Source: a virus. From it: 64,000 nt of DNA. The notes under the pieces are model-generated. The model was not told the origin of the DNA, did not search any database, and worked only from the letters and a program-made list of their open reading frames with translations. Below, piece after piece: positions 46,698 through 55,398 of this stretch (position 1 is the first letter of the stretch; each line of letters begins with the position of its first letter). The position numbers were made by a program, and so were the translations under genes. Location: the IMG/VR virus record IMGVR_UViG_3300042560_001826, positions 1-64,000 of that record; one strand, given 5' to 3'.

Positions 46698-47342
46698 ATG
46701 ACATTCACATCAGTTAAAACACTAAAAGACTTGGAGAAGCAAGTCGCCCCTACACAGGGTAAAAGCGGAGCGAAGAAGTTCTTTTCTCTGCAATCAGGAG
46801 ATTCCTTCAAGATTAGATTCTTGCAGGAGCTTACTGAAGATAGCACAAACTACAACGATAAGGCTGGAACTGGAATTACGGTCCCGGTTATTGTTTCGCC
46901 AGTAAACTGGAAATGGAAGGTTGCTTCCACATCCTCTCTGGAGAAGTTCAATTATCGTTGCTGGGGTAGCGAGCAAGCTGTCCATGATAAAGCTTGGAGA
47001 GCAAAGCCGCACTTGCTTATCAATGTTGCCGTTGAGGTTGAGCCAAACAAATGGGAAGCCAGAGTTTTGGATACGACATTCAATCAGCGCCACATTGGTT
47101 TGACTCTTTTGGAATACGCAAAGGAGTTCGGAACAATCACCGACCGTTACTATAAGTATTCCAGAACAGGTTCTGGTGCTTCAGACACTAATTACAGTCT
47201 TATTCCGCTGGCAGTTGGTGAACCTAACGATCAAATCAAGGAATTGACCTTGCATGATCTTGGCAATGTTTATATGACACTGCCTTACGAAAAGCAACAG
47301 GTGTACCTGACAACTGGTGAATTGGCTAAGGATAGCTGGTAA
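46698..47342 (+). CDS. Single-stranded DNA-binding protein (gp32-like)
   Basis: KIRFL...SRTGSG..DT.Y pattern; position after primase; AGGAG SD; TGCTATAAT at 46560-46568. Confidence 0.65.
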   Translation: MTFTSVKTLKDLEKQVAPTQGKSGAKKFFSLQSGDSFKIRFLQELTEDSTNYNDKAGTGITVPVIVSPVNWKWKVASTSSLEKFNYRCWGSEQAVHDKAWRAKPHLLINVAVEVEPNKWEARVLDTTFNQRHIGLTLLEYAKEFGTITDRYYKYSRTGSGASDTNYSLIPLAVGEPNDQIKELTLHDLGNVYMTLPYEKQQVYLTTGELAKDSW

Positions 47343-47349
47343 TAGAGCA

Positions 47350-47423
47350 GGGGGCATAGCTCAATTGGCTAGAGCATCTGCTTTGCAAGCAGAAGGTTAA
47401 GGGTTCAATTCCCTTTGCCTCCA
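47350..47423 (+). tRNA. tRNA-Ala (anticodon UGC)
   Basis: Acceptor GGGGGCA/TGCCTCC with G3:U70, discriminator A; D arm GCTC/GAGC; anticodon arm TCTGC-ttTGCaa-GCAGA; GGTTCAATTCC T arm; CCA not encoded. Confidence 0.93.
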
Positions 47424-47436
47424 CGAAAGGAATAAA

Positions 47437-47979
47437 ATGCAACTTGTAAATAAGGCGATTGCGCTTGATCTTGATGGCGTGATTGCTGATATCGCTACGA
47501 CCATGCTATCTGTTATGGATAGCCGTGGTATGCCAGCAGAGGAAATAGATCTTGAATCTTGGCTCATCTCAGATACAAAAGATGAAGAGATTCTCAAGAT
47601 ATTTAATGAACCACTATTTTGGAAAAATATGAAGCCGTACCAAGATGCATGGCATCAAGTTAATTATTGGTTTGCACTTGGTTACGATATTCATATTGTT
47701 ACAGCAAGAAGGCAACCTAATGCCGTATTGCAAACAGAGCCTTGGCTAAACGATTGGAATATAAACACGAGAGCACCGATTTTTTCCAAAATGGGTGATA
47801 AGATTTCTCATATTAAAAAAATAGATCCGCTTTTCGTGGTGGAAGATAACCCCAAGGAAATTAGAATTTTACAAGAAGCGGGGGTGAAATGTTATTTAAG
47901 AGCGCAAAGCTATAACCAGAAATACTGGAATGAATTTGACACTATTGAATCACTATACGACATTGATTTGGAGAAATAA
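47437..47979 (+). CDS. HAD-family 5'-nucleotidase-like protein
   Basis: DLDGV, VTAR and VEDN motifs. Confidence 0.8.
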   Translation: MQLVNKAIALDLDGVIADIATTMLSVMDSRGMPAEEIDLESWLISDTKDEEILKIFNEPLFWKNMKPYQDAWHQVNYWFALGYDIHIVTARRQPNAVLQTEPWLNDWNINTRAPIFSKMGDKISHIKKIDPLFVVEDNPKEIRILQEAGVKCYLRAQSYNQKYWNEFDTIESLYDIDLEK

Positions 47980-50900
47980 TGAGCAACTTTGTTCACCTGC
48001 ATTGCCATTCTGAATACTCACTGCTTGATGGGATGTCAACGCCAGAAGAGATTGCTAAAATTACAAGCATTAATGGTCAATATGCTGCCGCAATTACAGA
48101 CCATGGTTCAATGGCTGGCGTACTTCGTTTTCAAGAGGCATGTGTTTCTAATAATGTAAAACCTCTCTTTGGTGTTGAAGCATATTTTGTTCCTTCAATT
48201 AGTCGTGATGATGATGGCAAACATGAAAGACATCACCTAATTTTGCTTGCTAAGACAAATACCGGTCTTGAAAAACTTTTTAAGATGTCTAAGATTGGTT
48301 GGACAGACAATTTTTATTATAAGCCAAGAATTGATTTTGCTCTCTTGGAAGATTTGGTTGATGATGACATTATTGCATTATCTGGGTGCATGGCTAGTTC
48401 CATATGTAGAGCTATTGAGGCAGATAACTTCTCTAGGGCAGAAGAATTGTCGGAACGGTTCATAAAGATTTTTAAAGATGACTTCTACTATGAAGTCCAA
48501 GCTTGGAACAGTAAGAAGATTAACGATGGCATCATGCAATTGGCAAGCACCTATAATAAAAAACTGGTTGCAACTGCTGACTGCCACTTCCCCAGCGCAC
48601 ACGATAAAGGTTGTGAAGAAGTCCTGCTGTGCGTATCCCAATATCCTGGGTTCTCTCCAGCGGTATTAAGACATGCTGAGCAAGAGGCTGCAAAGTTTGA
48701 TAAAGCCGAAACGGATATCGTAAAGAAGATTAATAAGATGTACCCAGATCGCCAATTACGATTTGATGAGATTAATCCTTATGTTGCCAAAGCAGAAGAG
48801 ATTGCAGGATGGTTTAAGGATGCCGGGTATGACCGTTCAGATATCTTAGACAATACTCTTGAGGTGGCCGAGAAATGTACTGCAAGCGTACAAAAGCGTC
48901 GTAACCTTTTGCCAAAGTATATGAAGTCGTTGAACTCTGATGACTATCTCAAGGAGATGGCTGAATTCCGACTCAAGGAGCTGGGTCTGGGGGATGAGTA
49001 TAAGACTCGACTCTATGAAGAACTGGGGATTATCAAACAGCTTGGCTTTGCTGATTACTTCTTGATCGTCTGGGACTTGGTGAAATGGGCAGACAATAAC
49101 GGTATCGGTAGGGGTACAGGCAGAGGTTCGGTTGGCGGTAGTGTGCTGGCGTATTTGCTGGAGATTACCAAGGTTGATCCTGTGAAATACAATCTGCTGT
49201 TTGCACGATTTATCAATGCAGAGCGCAACGACTATCCCGATATTGACTTGGACTTTGAAGATAAGAGGCGAACAGAGGTGCGGTCTTATCTTGTTGAGCG
49301 CTGGGGTAAAGATAATGTTGCGGCAATCACCACCTACGGCACATATAAGCCCAAGAGTGCGGTCAAAGATGTCGCTCGCGTTCTACAAGTTCCGTACAAG
49401 GAAACCAATAACATCACGCCGTATTTTGAGACCATTGAAGAATTGCAGACCACGCAAAAGGGCAAATTGTTTTGTTCAAAGTATCCCGATGTGCCAAAGT
49501 TTGCCAAACGGCTGGAAGGGCGTATCCGTAACGCAGGCGTACACGCTGCCGGTATGGTCGTATCGTCAATTCCACTTACACAAGTCTGCCCAATTGAGAC
49601 ACGCAAGGATACCGATGGTGAGGGCAGGGCGGTTGTCACAGCTTTTGACATGACCGATGCAGAAGCAGTCGGGCTTATTAAAATAGATATCTTGGGTCTT
49701 CGCACCGTATCTGTCATTAAAGACGCTCTAGCGATGATTAGGAAGCGCTATGGCACTGATGTAGAAGCACTTTCGTTGGGGTTAGATGATCCCGAAGTAT
49801 ACCGAAACTTTAATGATGGCAATACCGTTGGCGTATTCCAGACCGATGCTGCTGCCTATCGTAATCTTATTGAGCGTATGGGTATTGACAACTTCAACGA
49901 CCTTGTAGTGTCAAACGCTCTAGTTAGACCCGGCGCTTTGCTCTCACAGGGTGAGCGCTATATTAACTGCAAGAGGGGAGTCGATCCTGCCTATTATCCA
50001 GATGAGTCAGTTAGGGCAATTCTGGAAGAGACATACGGTACGGTTATTTTCCAAGAGCAGTTGATGCAAATGTGTGTGAAGCTGTCTGGTTTTTCATGGT
50101 CGGATGCTGATAAATTGCGTAAGATTATCGGTAAGAAGCGTGATGCCGCTGAGTTTGAGCAATACAAGGATAAGTTTATTAACAACTCAATCTTGCCTAA
50201 ATCAGAGGCAAAGCAGATGTGGTCAGAGTTTGAGCTTTCTGCTTTGTATATGTTCAATAAATCTCACGCTGTTGCTTATTCAATGTTGTCTTATCAAACG
50301 ATGTGGCTAAAGGTCAACTATCCGTCTGAATATCTTTGGGCTTTATTGTTCAATGAAGATGTCGGTGAAAAGATCACTGCCTATCTCATGGAAGCACAGC
50401 GTTTGAATATCCCAATTTTGCCACCGGATGTTAATCTATCTGATGAATTCTTCTCAATTGATTACACAGGAGAAAAGCCAGCCATTCGTTTTGGTCTATC
50501 CAATGTGTTGTCATGCGGTCGGGCAGCAATTGCAGAAATCCTTGCTAAGCGACCATTTAATTGTTATGAGGAGTTTGATGCAAAATGCTCAAAGAGTGCG
50601 GTTAAAAAGCCGTTGAGGGAAAACTTTGACAAGGTTGGGGCTTTCGCTTCCCTTGGATATGTCTCTCAGTTTGACCATAAACGATATTATTTGCCGATAC
50701 TTGGTTTCTCAATTGAAGACACTGAGAAGAATGAGATTGACAATGTTGTTGATAAACTAGTTGACTTCCATGAGACAAACTCGCCACTGATGCTAGTGAA
50801 GGCAATTGTTAGATCGACTAAAAAGACACCGCAATATCTCCGTGTTGAGTTGGAAGATTTGTCCGGCTCGGCAACAATATTTGCTGAACGCAATACTGAG

Positions 50901-51401
50901 CTCTCAACAAGAGATCATATCTATGCATTAATTGGGGATAGAACATTGCATCACTTCTGCGATGCATACAATTATATTGATACACCACTGTATGAATTTA
51001 TTAAACTTAAAATGCAAGGTATTAATCATAAATATGCATGGCTGTATAATCATGGTCTCGGAGATGTAGACAACGATAAAACTTTGCTCTATATCTTTAA
51101 TCTCAGACTGTTCAAAACAGCACGAGGTTTTGACATGGGCAATATTTATTGCTGGGACGGTAAGAGAATGTTCAAGATTGTAGTGTTTGCATCAGTGCTC
51201 AAGAAGGTAAAGGGGATTCTTAAGCAGAACGAATGGTATGCTGCAAAGATTGATAAAATTGATGAGAAAAACCCACTTGTGCAGATAGATTCGTATAAAC
51301 TATCATCAGGTGATGCATTGATCACGGTAAAAGATTTTATTAAAAGAAAAAACTTGCAGGAGCTACAAAATGAAGTTAACTATATACATTCCGACATATA
51401 G
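47979..51401 (+). CDS. dnaE: DNA polymerase III alpha subunit
   Basis: HLHCHSEYSLLDG PHP domain, GRGS, PDIDLDF, HAAG, FNKSHA motifs. Confidence 0.96.
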   Translation: MSNFVHLHCHSEYSLLDGMSTPEEIAKITSINGQYAAAITDHGSMAGVLRFQEACVSNNVKPLFGVEAYFVPSISRDDDGKHERHHLILLAKTNTGLEKLFKMSKIGWTDNFYYKPRIDFALLEDLVDDDIIALSGCMASSICRAIEADNFSRAEELSERFIKIFKDDFYYEVQAWNSKKINDGIMQLASTYNKKLVATADCHFPSAHDKGCEEVLLCVSQYPGFSPAVLRHAEQEAAKFDKAETDIVKKINKMYPDRQLRFDEINPYVAKAEEIAGWFKDAGYDRSDILDNTLEVAEKCTASVQKRRNLLPKYMKSLNSDDYLKEMAEFRLKELGLGDEYKTRLYEELGIIKQLGFADYFLIVWDLVKWADNNGIGRGTGRGSVGGSVLAYLLEITKVDPVKYNLLFARFINAERNDYPDIDLDFEDKRRTEVRSYLVERWGKDNVAAITTYGTYKPKSAVKDVARVLQVPYKETNNITPYFETIEELQTTQKGKLFCSKYPDVPKFAKRLEGRIRNAGVHAAGMVVSSIPLTQVCPIETRKDTDGEGRAVVTAFDMTDAEAVGLIKIDILGLRTVSVIKDALAMIRKRYGTDVEALSLGLDDPEVYRNFNDGNTVGVFQTDAAAYRNLIERMGIDNFNDLVVSNALVRPGALLSQGERYINCKRGVDPAYYPDESVRAILEETYGTVIFQEQLMQMCVKLSGFSWSDADKLRKIIGKKRDAAEFEQYKDKFINNSILPKSEAKQMWSEFELSALYMFNKSHAVAYSMLSYQTMWLKVNYPSEYLWALLFNEDVGEKITAYLMEAQRLNIPILPPDVNLSDEFFSIDYTGEKPAIRFGLSNVLSCGRAAIAEILAKRPFNCYEEFDAKCSKSAVKKPLRENFDKVGAFASLGYVSQFDHKRYYLPILGFSIEDTEKNEIDNVVDKLVDFHETNSPLMLVKAIVRSTKKTPQYLRVELEDLSGSATIFAERNTELSTRDHIYALIGDRTLHHFCDAYNYIDTPLYEFIKLKMQGINHKYAWLYNHGLGDVDNDKTLLYIFNLRLFKTARGFDMGNIYCWDGKRMFKIVVFASVLKKVKGILKQNEWYAAKIDKIDEKNPLVQIDSYKLSSGDALITVKDFIKRKNLQELQNEVNYIHSDI

Positions 51402-52092
51402 AAGAGAATCACTTGATGCTTGCTTAAACAGCATTACATCACAATATAATGACCATGTTGAGATTATTGTTTCTGACAATGATCAAGACGGATTTGCAAA
51501 AAATATAGTTTATAAATATAAAAAATATATATCTGAATATTCAATTAGAAAGCAAAATATTGGCTGCGATGGGAATTGTTTATATGGAATCACAGCCGGT
51601 GATGGAGAATATGTATGGGTTATTGGAGATGATGATGTTATCCTACCTGGGGCTTTGGATACTATTTTATCAATGCTTGATGGAACAGATCGTATAATGC
51701 AATTTGCACCATATTCTGGTGAAGTAATACCTGCATTTTCTGGCGCAATGTCTGAGTTAATAACTAAACTTAATGACAAATCATTTTTAATTGCTGCAAC
51801 ATTAGCAAGTATGAATGTGTGGAGAAGGGATGTTATGGACTTTAGAACAGGAGTAAAACACTTGGATTCTAGGAATGTGTTAGCTTGGGCTGGTCTTAAT
51901 TGCAAGACAGTTAGTATTCCAATTTCCCCAACAGTTTTAGTCAATGACACTAATTTGTTTGAATTTAAGGATTTTGATGGGGTTATGTTTGAATATTCAG
52001 ATGCATTAGCTGATGCTAACGGTGTTGAGAGATTTACTTTTTACAACGCTAATAAATGGAATTTTGTTAGCGCCTCGTTGGAGGCAAAATGA
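51370..52092 (+). CDS. Glycosyltransferase family 2 (GT-A)
   Basis: IYIPTY.R, IIVSDN, N.G...N, GDDD motifs. Confidence 0.85.
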   Translation: MKLTIYIPTYRRESLDACLNSITSQYNDHVEIIVSDNDQDGFAKNIVYKYKKYISEYSIRKQNIGCDGNCLYGITAGDGEYVWVIGDDDVILPGALDTILSMLDGTDRIMQFAPYSGEVIPAFSGAMSELITKLNDKSFLIAATLASMNVWRRDVMDFRTGVKHLDSRNVLAWAGLNCKTVSIPISPTVLVNDTNLFEFKDFDGVMFEYSDALADANGVERFTFYNANKWNFVSASLEAK

Positions 52093-52136
52093 TTGTCTCT
52101 ACAGGTGGCACATTTGATCTATTTCATTCCGGTCAT

Positions 52137-52166
52137 TTCACTGGAGATAAGTTCACTGGAGATAAG
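52137..52166 (+). repeat. Perfect 15-bp tandem duplication TTCACTGGAGATAAG x2
   Basis: 52137-52151 and 52152-52166. Confidence 0.9.
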
Positions 52167-52601
52167 ATGGTTGTGTATACAGGTGGTACATTTGATTTAT
52201 TTCATTTTGGTCATTCAAGATTGTTGGAGAGATGCAAAAAAGCAGTTGGCGATAATGGCTATTTAGTCGTTTCGGTTAATACAGATGAATTCTGCTCTCA
52301 ATACAAAGAACCTCCAATTTGCAGTCTAGCTGAAAGAATGGAAGTTGTTTCTTCTTGTAAATGGGTGGATAAAGTAATTGTAAATTCGGGCGGTGCTGAT
52401 TCTCGACCTGCTATTATAGAGGCGAAAGCTAATCTTATAATTGTTGGTTCCGACTGGCAAACTAAAGATTATTACAAACAAATGGGATTCACTCAAGAAT
52501 GGCTTGACGAGCATAATATTGGTGTGATGTTTATCCCGTATACAGATGCTATCTCAACAACAATTATTAAATCAAGAATACTAAACAGATCATTACAATA
52601 A
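52167..52601 (+). CDS. Cytidylyltransferase (TagD/RfaE-like); a duplicated 5' remnant extends the ORF to 52089
   Basis: GTFDLFHFGH (HxGH), ER...V, GSDW and ISTT motifs; GGAG SD before ATG 52167. Confidence 0.85.
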   Translation: MVVYTGGTFDLFHFGHSRLLERCKKAVGDNGYLVVSVNTDEFCSQYKEPPICSLAERMEVVSSCKWVDKVIVNSGGADSRPAIIEAKANLIIVGSDWQTKDYYKQMGFTQEWLDEHNIGVMFIPYTDAISTTIIKSRILNRSLQ

Positions 52602-52610
52602 AGGAGAAAT

Positions 52611-53531
52611 ATGTTAATAGTAGATAAAAGAAAAGGAGATCTGATGCCGGTGCATCAGATTATTCCAACACCTAGCATTGGATTAAACCGGGCGCTTGGT
52701 GGGGGATTAAATACAGGAGCAACACATCTATTCTGGGGAACTCCGTCTGTCGGTAAAACGACGATGTGCTTTAGAATTATTGCAGAAGCTCAAAAGATGG
52801 GTTATCGGCCGGTAATCGTTGATTCTGAATCATCTTATAATGACGAGTATGCAAAGAAGTGCGGTATTGACATTGATGATATCGTAGTCATTCAGTCTAC
52901 TGTCGTGGAAGATATTTTGAAGAATATCCATCAATATTTAACTCATGAAGAAGAGAAGCACATCTTCCTCTTTGACAGTATTTCCAACATCATCAAAGAA
53001 GAGTTTTATGACAAGCCGGAGGGTGGCAAGGCAATGGGTTTGCAGTCACGCTCACAGGGCTTCTTCTTGCAAAAACTGGTAAATTATTTGCATAAGGAGA
53101 AAAATATTATGCTCTTTATTGCTCATCAAACAGTCGATCTCAGTGGAATGTTTGCTGTGACGAAGGGCAAGATGGGCAATACTGTCCACCACAATATGCA
53201 TAATATTGTTAAGCTTTTCTTGTCTATGTCAAAGAGTGAGATGGAGAGGGATGAGAGCAATCTCATCACCAGTCAGAAAGCGACATGGACTATTGAGAAG
53301 TCAAAGCAGACTCCTAGTATCGGTACAAATGGATACTACTATGTTCTTCCTCAAGAAGGCAAGATTGATATTAACCGGGAACTTATTGACATTGCAGTTG
53401 AGATGAATGTGATTGAAAGAAAAGGTGCATGGTATACTTATGAAGATAGTAAATGGAATGGTCTTGGTTCAATTGACTTGACTGATAAGCAAAGAAAGGG
53501 AATTGAGAAGGTGATTCTAAATGGAGAATGA
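52611..53531 (+). CDS. recA: RecA/UvsX-like recombinase
   Basis: LNRALGGG, GTPSVGKTT, DSE, FDS and KGAWY motifs. Confidence 0.9.
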   Translation: MLIVDKRKGDLMPVHQIIPTPSIGLNRALGGGLNTGATHLFWGTPSVGKTTMCFRIIAEAQKMGYRPVIVDSESSYNDEYAKKCGIDIDDIVVIQSTVVEDILKNIHQYLTHEEEKHIFLFDSISNIIKEEFYDKPEGGKAMGLQSRSQGFFLQKLVNYLHKEKNIMLFIAHQTVDLSGMFAVTKGKMGNTVHHNMHNIVKLFLSMSKSEMERDESNLITSQKATWTIEKSKQTPSIGTNGYYYVLPQEGKIDINRELIDIAVEMNVIERKGAWYTYEDSKWNGLGSIDLTDKQRKGIEKVILNGE

Positions 53532-53865
53532 AATGGATTTTTCTAATTATCAATTTAGGGCGTGTAAAACTGCAAAGTATCCTCAGAACCCCACCACTGG
53601 GGTTATTTATACTGCTCTTGGATTGGCTTCAGAAGCTGGAGAAGTTGCTGGCAAAATCAAGAAGATGATCCGTGATGATAATATGGAATTAACATTTGAT
53701 AGAAAGCAGCAGGTGGTAGATGAGATTGGTGATGTCTTATGGTATTGCGCCATGCTCGCTACCGAACTAAACATTTCATTTAATGAAGTTGCAATCAGAA
53801 ATCTTCAGAAACTTGAAGATCGCAATAATAGAAATGCAATTCATGGAGATGGCGATAATCGTTAA
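53521..53865 (+). CDS. MazG-like NTP pyrophosphohydrolase
   Basis: LGLASEAGEVAGK.KK...EIGDVLWY...G.GDNR. Confidence 0.88.
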   Translation: MENEMDFSNYQFRACKTAKYPQNPTTGVIYTALGLASEAGEVAGKIKKMIRDDNMELTFDRKQQVVDEIGDVLWYCAMLATELNISFNEVAIRNLQKLEDRNNRNAIHGDGDNR

Positions 53866-55112
53866 TGCTGTTTTCAATTCATACTGATCAGCACATTATT
53901 GATGCCAACGGTATATTTGGGTATTCATATGGATACCATAAAACGATTGAAAACTTTAATAAGTTTAAGTATCGCAACGAAAAAATGAATGTCGTTAAAA
54001 ACGACAAGGCTTCTCCAATTCAAATGTTCTACATGGAGCCTGAGTGGTATAACTTGAAAACGATGACAAGTTTTCGTTCCCCTGAATTCCAAAAGTTCCA
54101 TGATCACCAGTATAAAATCTATGGAACATACCTTGAGACAACCCGCGTTTGGTCTCATTGGATTGAGGCGATGAAGCAAGTTGATGAAATTTGGGTCGGT
54201 AATAAATTTTCTGTAGATGCAATTAAGAATTCCGGCATTGAAACACCTGTGTATATTTTTGAATTGGGTTTAGATAAGATTTGGCAACCATACAAAAGAA
54301 AAGATACAGGCGTTGTCAGATTTCTTCATGTTGATTCAGGCAGTCCAAGAAAACGAGCTGACCTTGTAGAAAAAGCTTTTACTACTATTTTTGGAGACAG
54401 AAATGATGTTCAATTAACATTAAAATATCATTCTCATGAAGGCGATTCTGGTTACAGTGTGATGAATCTATTTTCTGGAAAATCTAACGTTGTAAAACTG
54501 TATAAAACATTAAGCACTGAGGAGATGGTAAAACTTTATCAAGATCACGATGTTCTTTTGTACCCAAGTGAGGGCGAAGGATTTGGTCTAATACCACTTC
54601 AGGCAATGGCTACAGGTATGCCTGTAATATCAACAGGAGTTTGGTGTGATTATGAAAGATTTTTTAACTCAAATATTATTGATTCAACCATGGGTAAAAC
54701 TCAACATACCGGGTATTTTGAAGGCGAAGTTGTGCTCCCAGACTTTGATTCGCTTGTTTCGCTTATTAAAAAAGTATACGACGATATTGATGCGCAAAAA
54801 AAGTTTTTTTATGATCAAGCTCCTCTTGTCATTGAAGAGTATGATTGGAAAAATAAAACAGATAAGGTTCTTAATGCTCTCATAAAAAGAGTCGGCATAA
54901 AAAAATTTAATCCCATCAAGGAGTATGTTGTTGTAAAAGACTTCATCTACTTTAAAGGCAACAACCGCTACATAGCCCCAGATGGATCTATGTTTGATTC
55001 AGAAAATAGAATTAGAGAAGTTGATAAGAAAGTCGCTGACAGCTTGGTATATAATAAGTCTTTTAGAAAAGCAACAGACGATGAGATAAGGGCGTTTAAT
55101 GAAAAGAACTGA
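53865..55112 (+). CDS. GT-B glycosyltransferase (GT4-like) with C-terminal domain homologous to post-MCP protein
   Basis: RK..D, YPSEGEGFGLIPLQAMATG.P motif; extra ~55-aa C-terminal domain. Confidence 0.85.
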   Translation: MLFSIHTDQHIIDANGIFGYSYGYHKTIENFNKFKYRNEKMNVVKNDKASPIQMFYMEPEWYNLKTMTSFRSPEFQKFHDHQYKIYGTYLETTRVWSHWIEAMKQVDEIWVGNKFSVDAIKNSGIETPVYIFELGLDKIWQPYKRKDTGVVRFLHVDSGSPRKRADLVEKAFTTIFGDRNDVQLTLKYHSHEGDSGYSVMNLFSGKSNVVKLYKTLSTEEMVKLYQDHDVLLYPSEGEGFGLIPLQAMATGMPVISTGVWCDYERFFNSNIIDSTMGKTQHTGYFEGEVVLPDFDSLVSLIKKVYDDIDAQKKFFYDQAPLVIEEYDWKNKTDKVLNALIKRVGIKKFNPIKEYVVVKDFIYFKGNNRYIAPDGSMFDSENRIREVDKKVADSLVYNKSFRKATDDEIRAFNEKN

Positions 55113-55398
55113 GAAGGAAGAGATTAAAAAAGACAAGGCTAAGGGTGTTAAAAATTCTGGGCGTGGCGTGAAGAAGGGAGATGCAACTCTTAATAAATTT
55201 CTTGTTGATTACAAGCACAATGGCAAGTCATTTACTCTTACGCATGAAAACTGGCTTGAGCACCGGAAAAATTCTTGGAAATCAAATTACCGTTATCCTT
55301 GTATTTCTGTCGTATTTGGGGAAGATTCCGAAACAAAGGTTGCTATAGTGGAGTGGGAAGTGTTCAAAGAACTCATAGAAGGCTCAGAATATGAATAA
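55099..55398 (+). CDS. PD-(D/E)xK Holliday-junction-resolvase-like nuclease
   Basis: NSGRG..KGD......VDYK. Confidence 0.65.
   Translation: MKRTEKEEIKKDKAKGVKNSGRGVKKGDATLNKFLVDYKHNGKSFTLTHENWLEHRKNSWKSNYRYPCISVVFGEDSETKVAIVEWEVFKELIEGSEYE

Noticed and set aside
49201-49653. 150-aa alternative-frame ORF within dnaE
   Set aside because: TTG start without SD, no recognisable motif; explained by the locally higher GC content.
47979-51401. Intein or intron in dnaE (also checked dnaB, recA, terL)
   Set aside because: Lengths are normal, motifs are contiguous and no splice-junction or LAGLIDADG motifs were seen.
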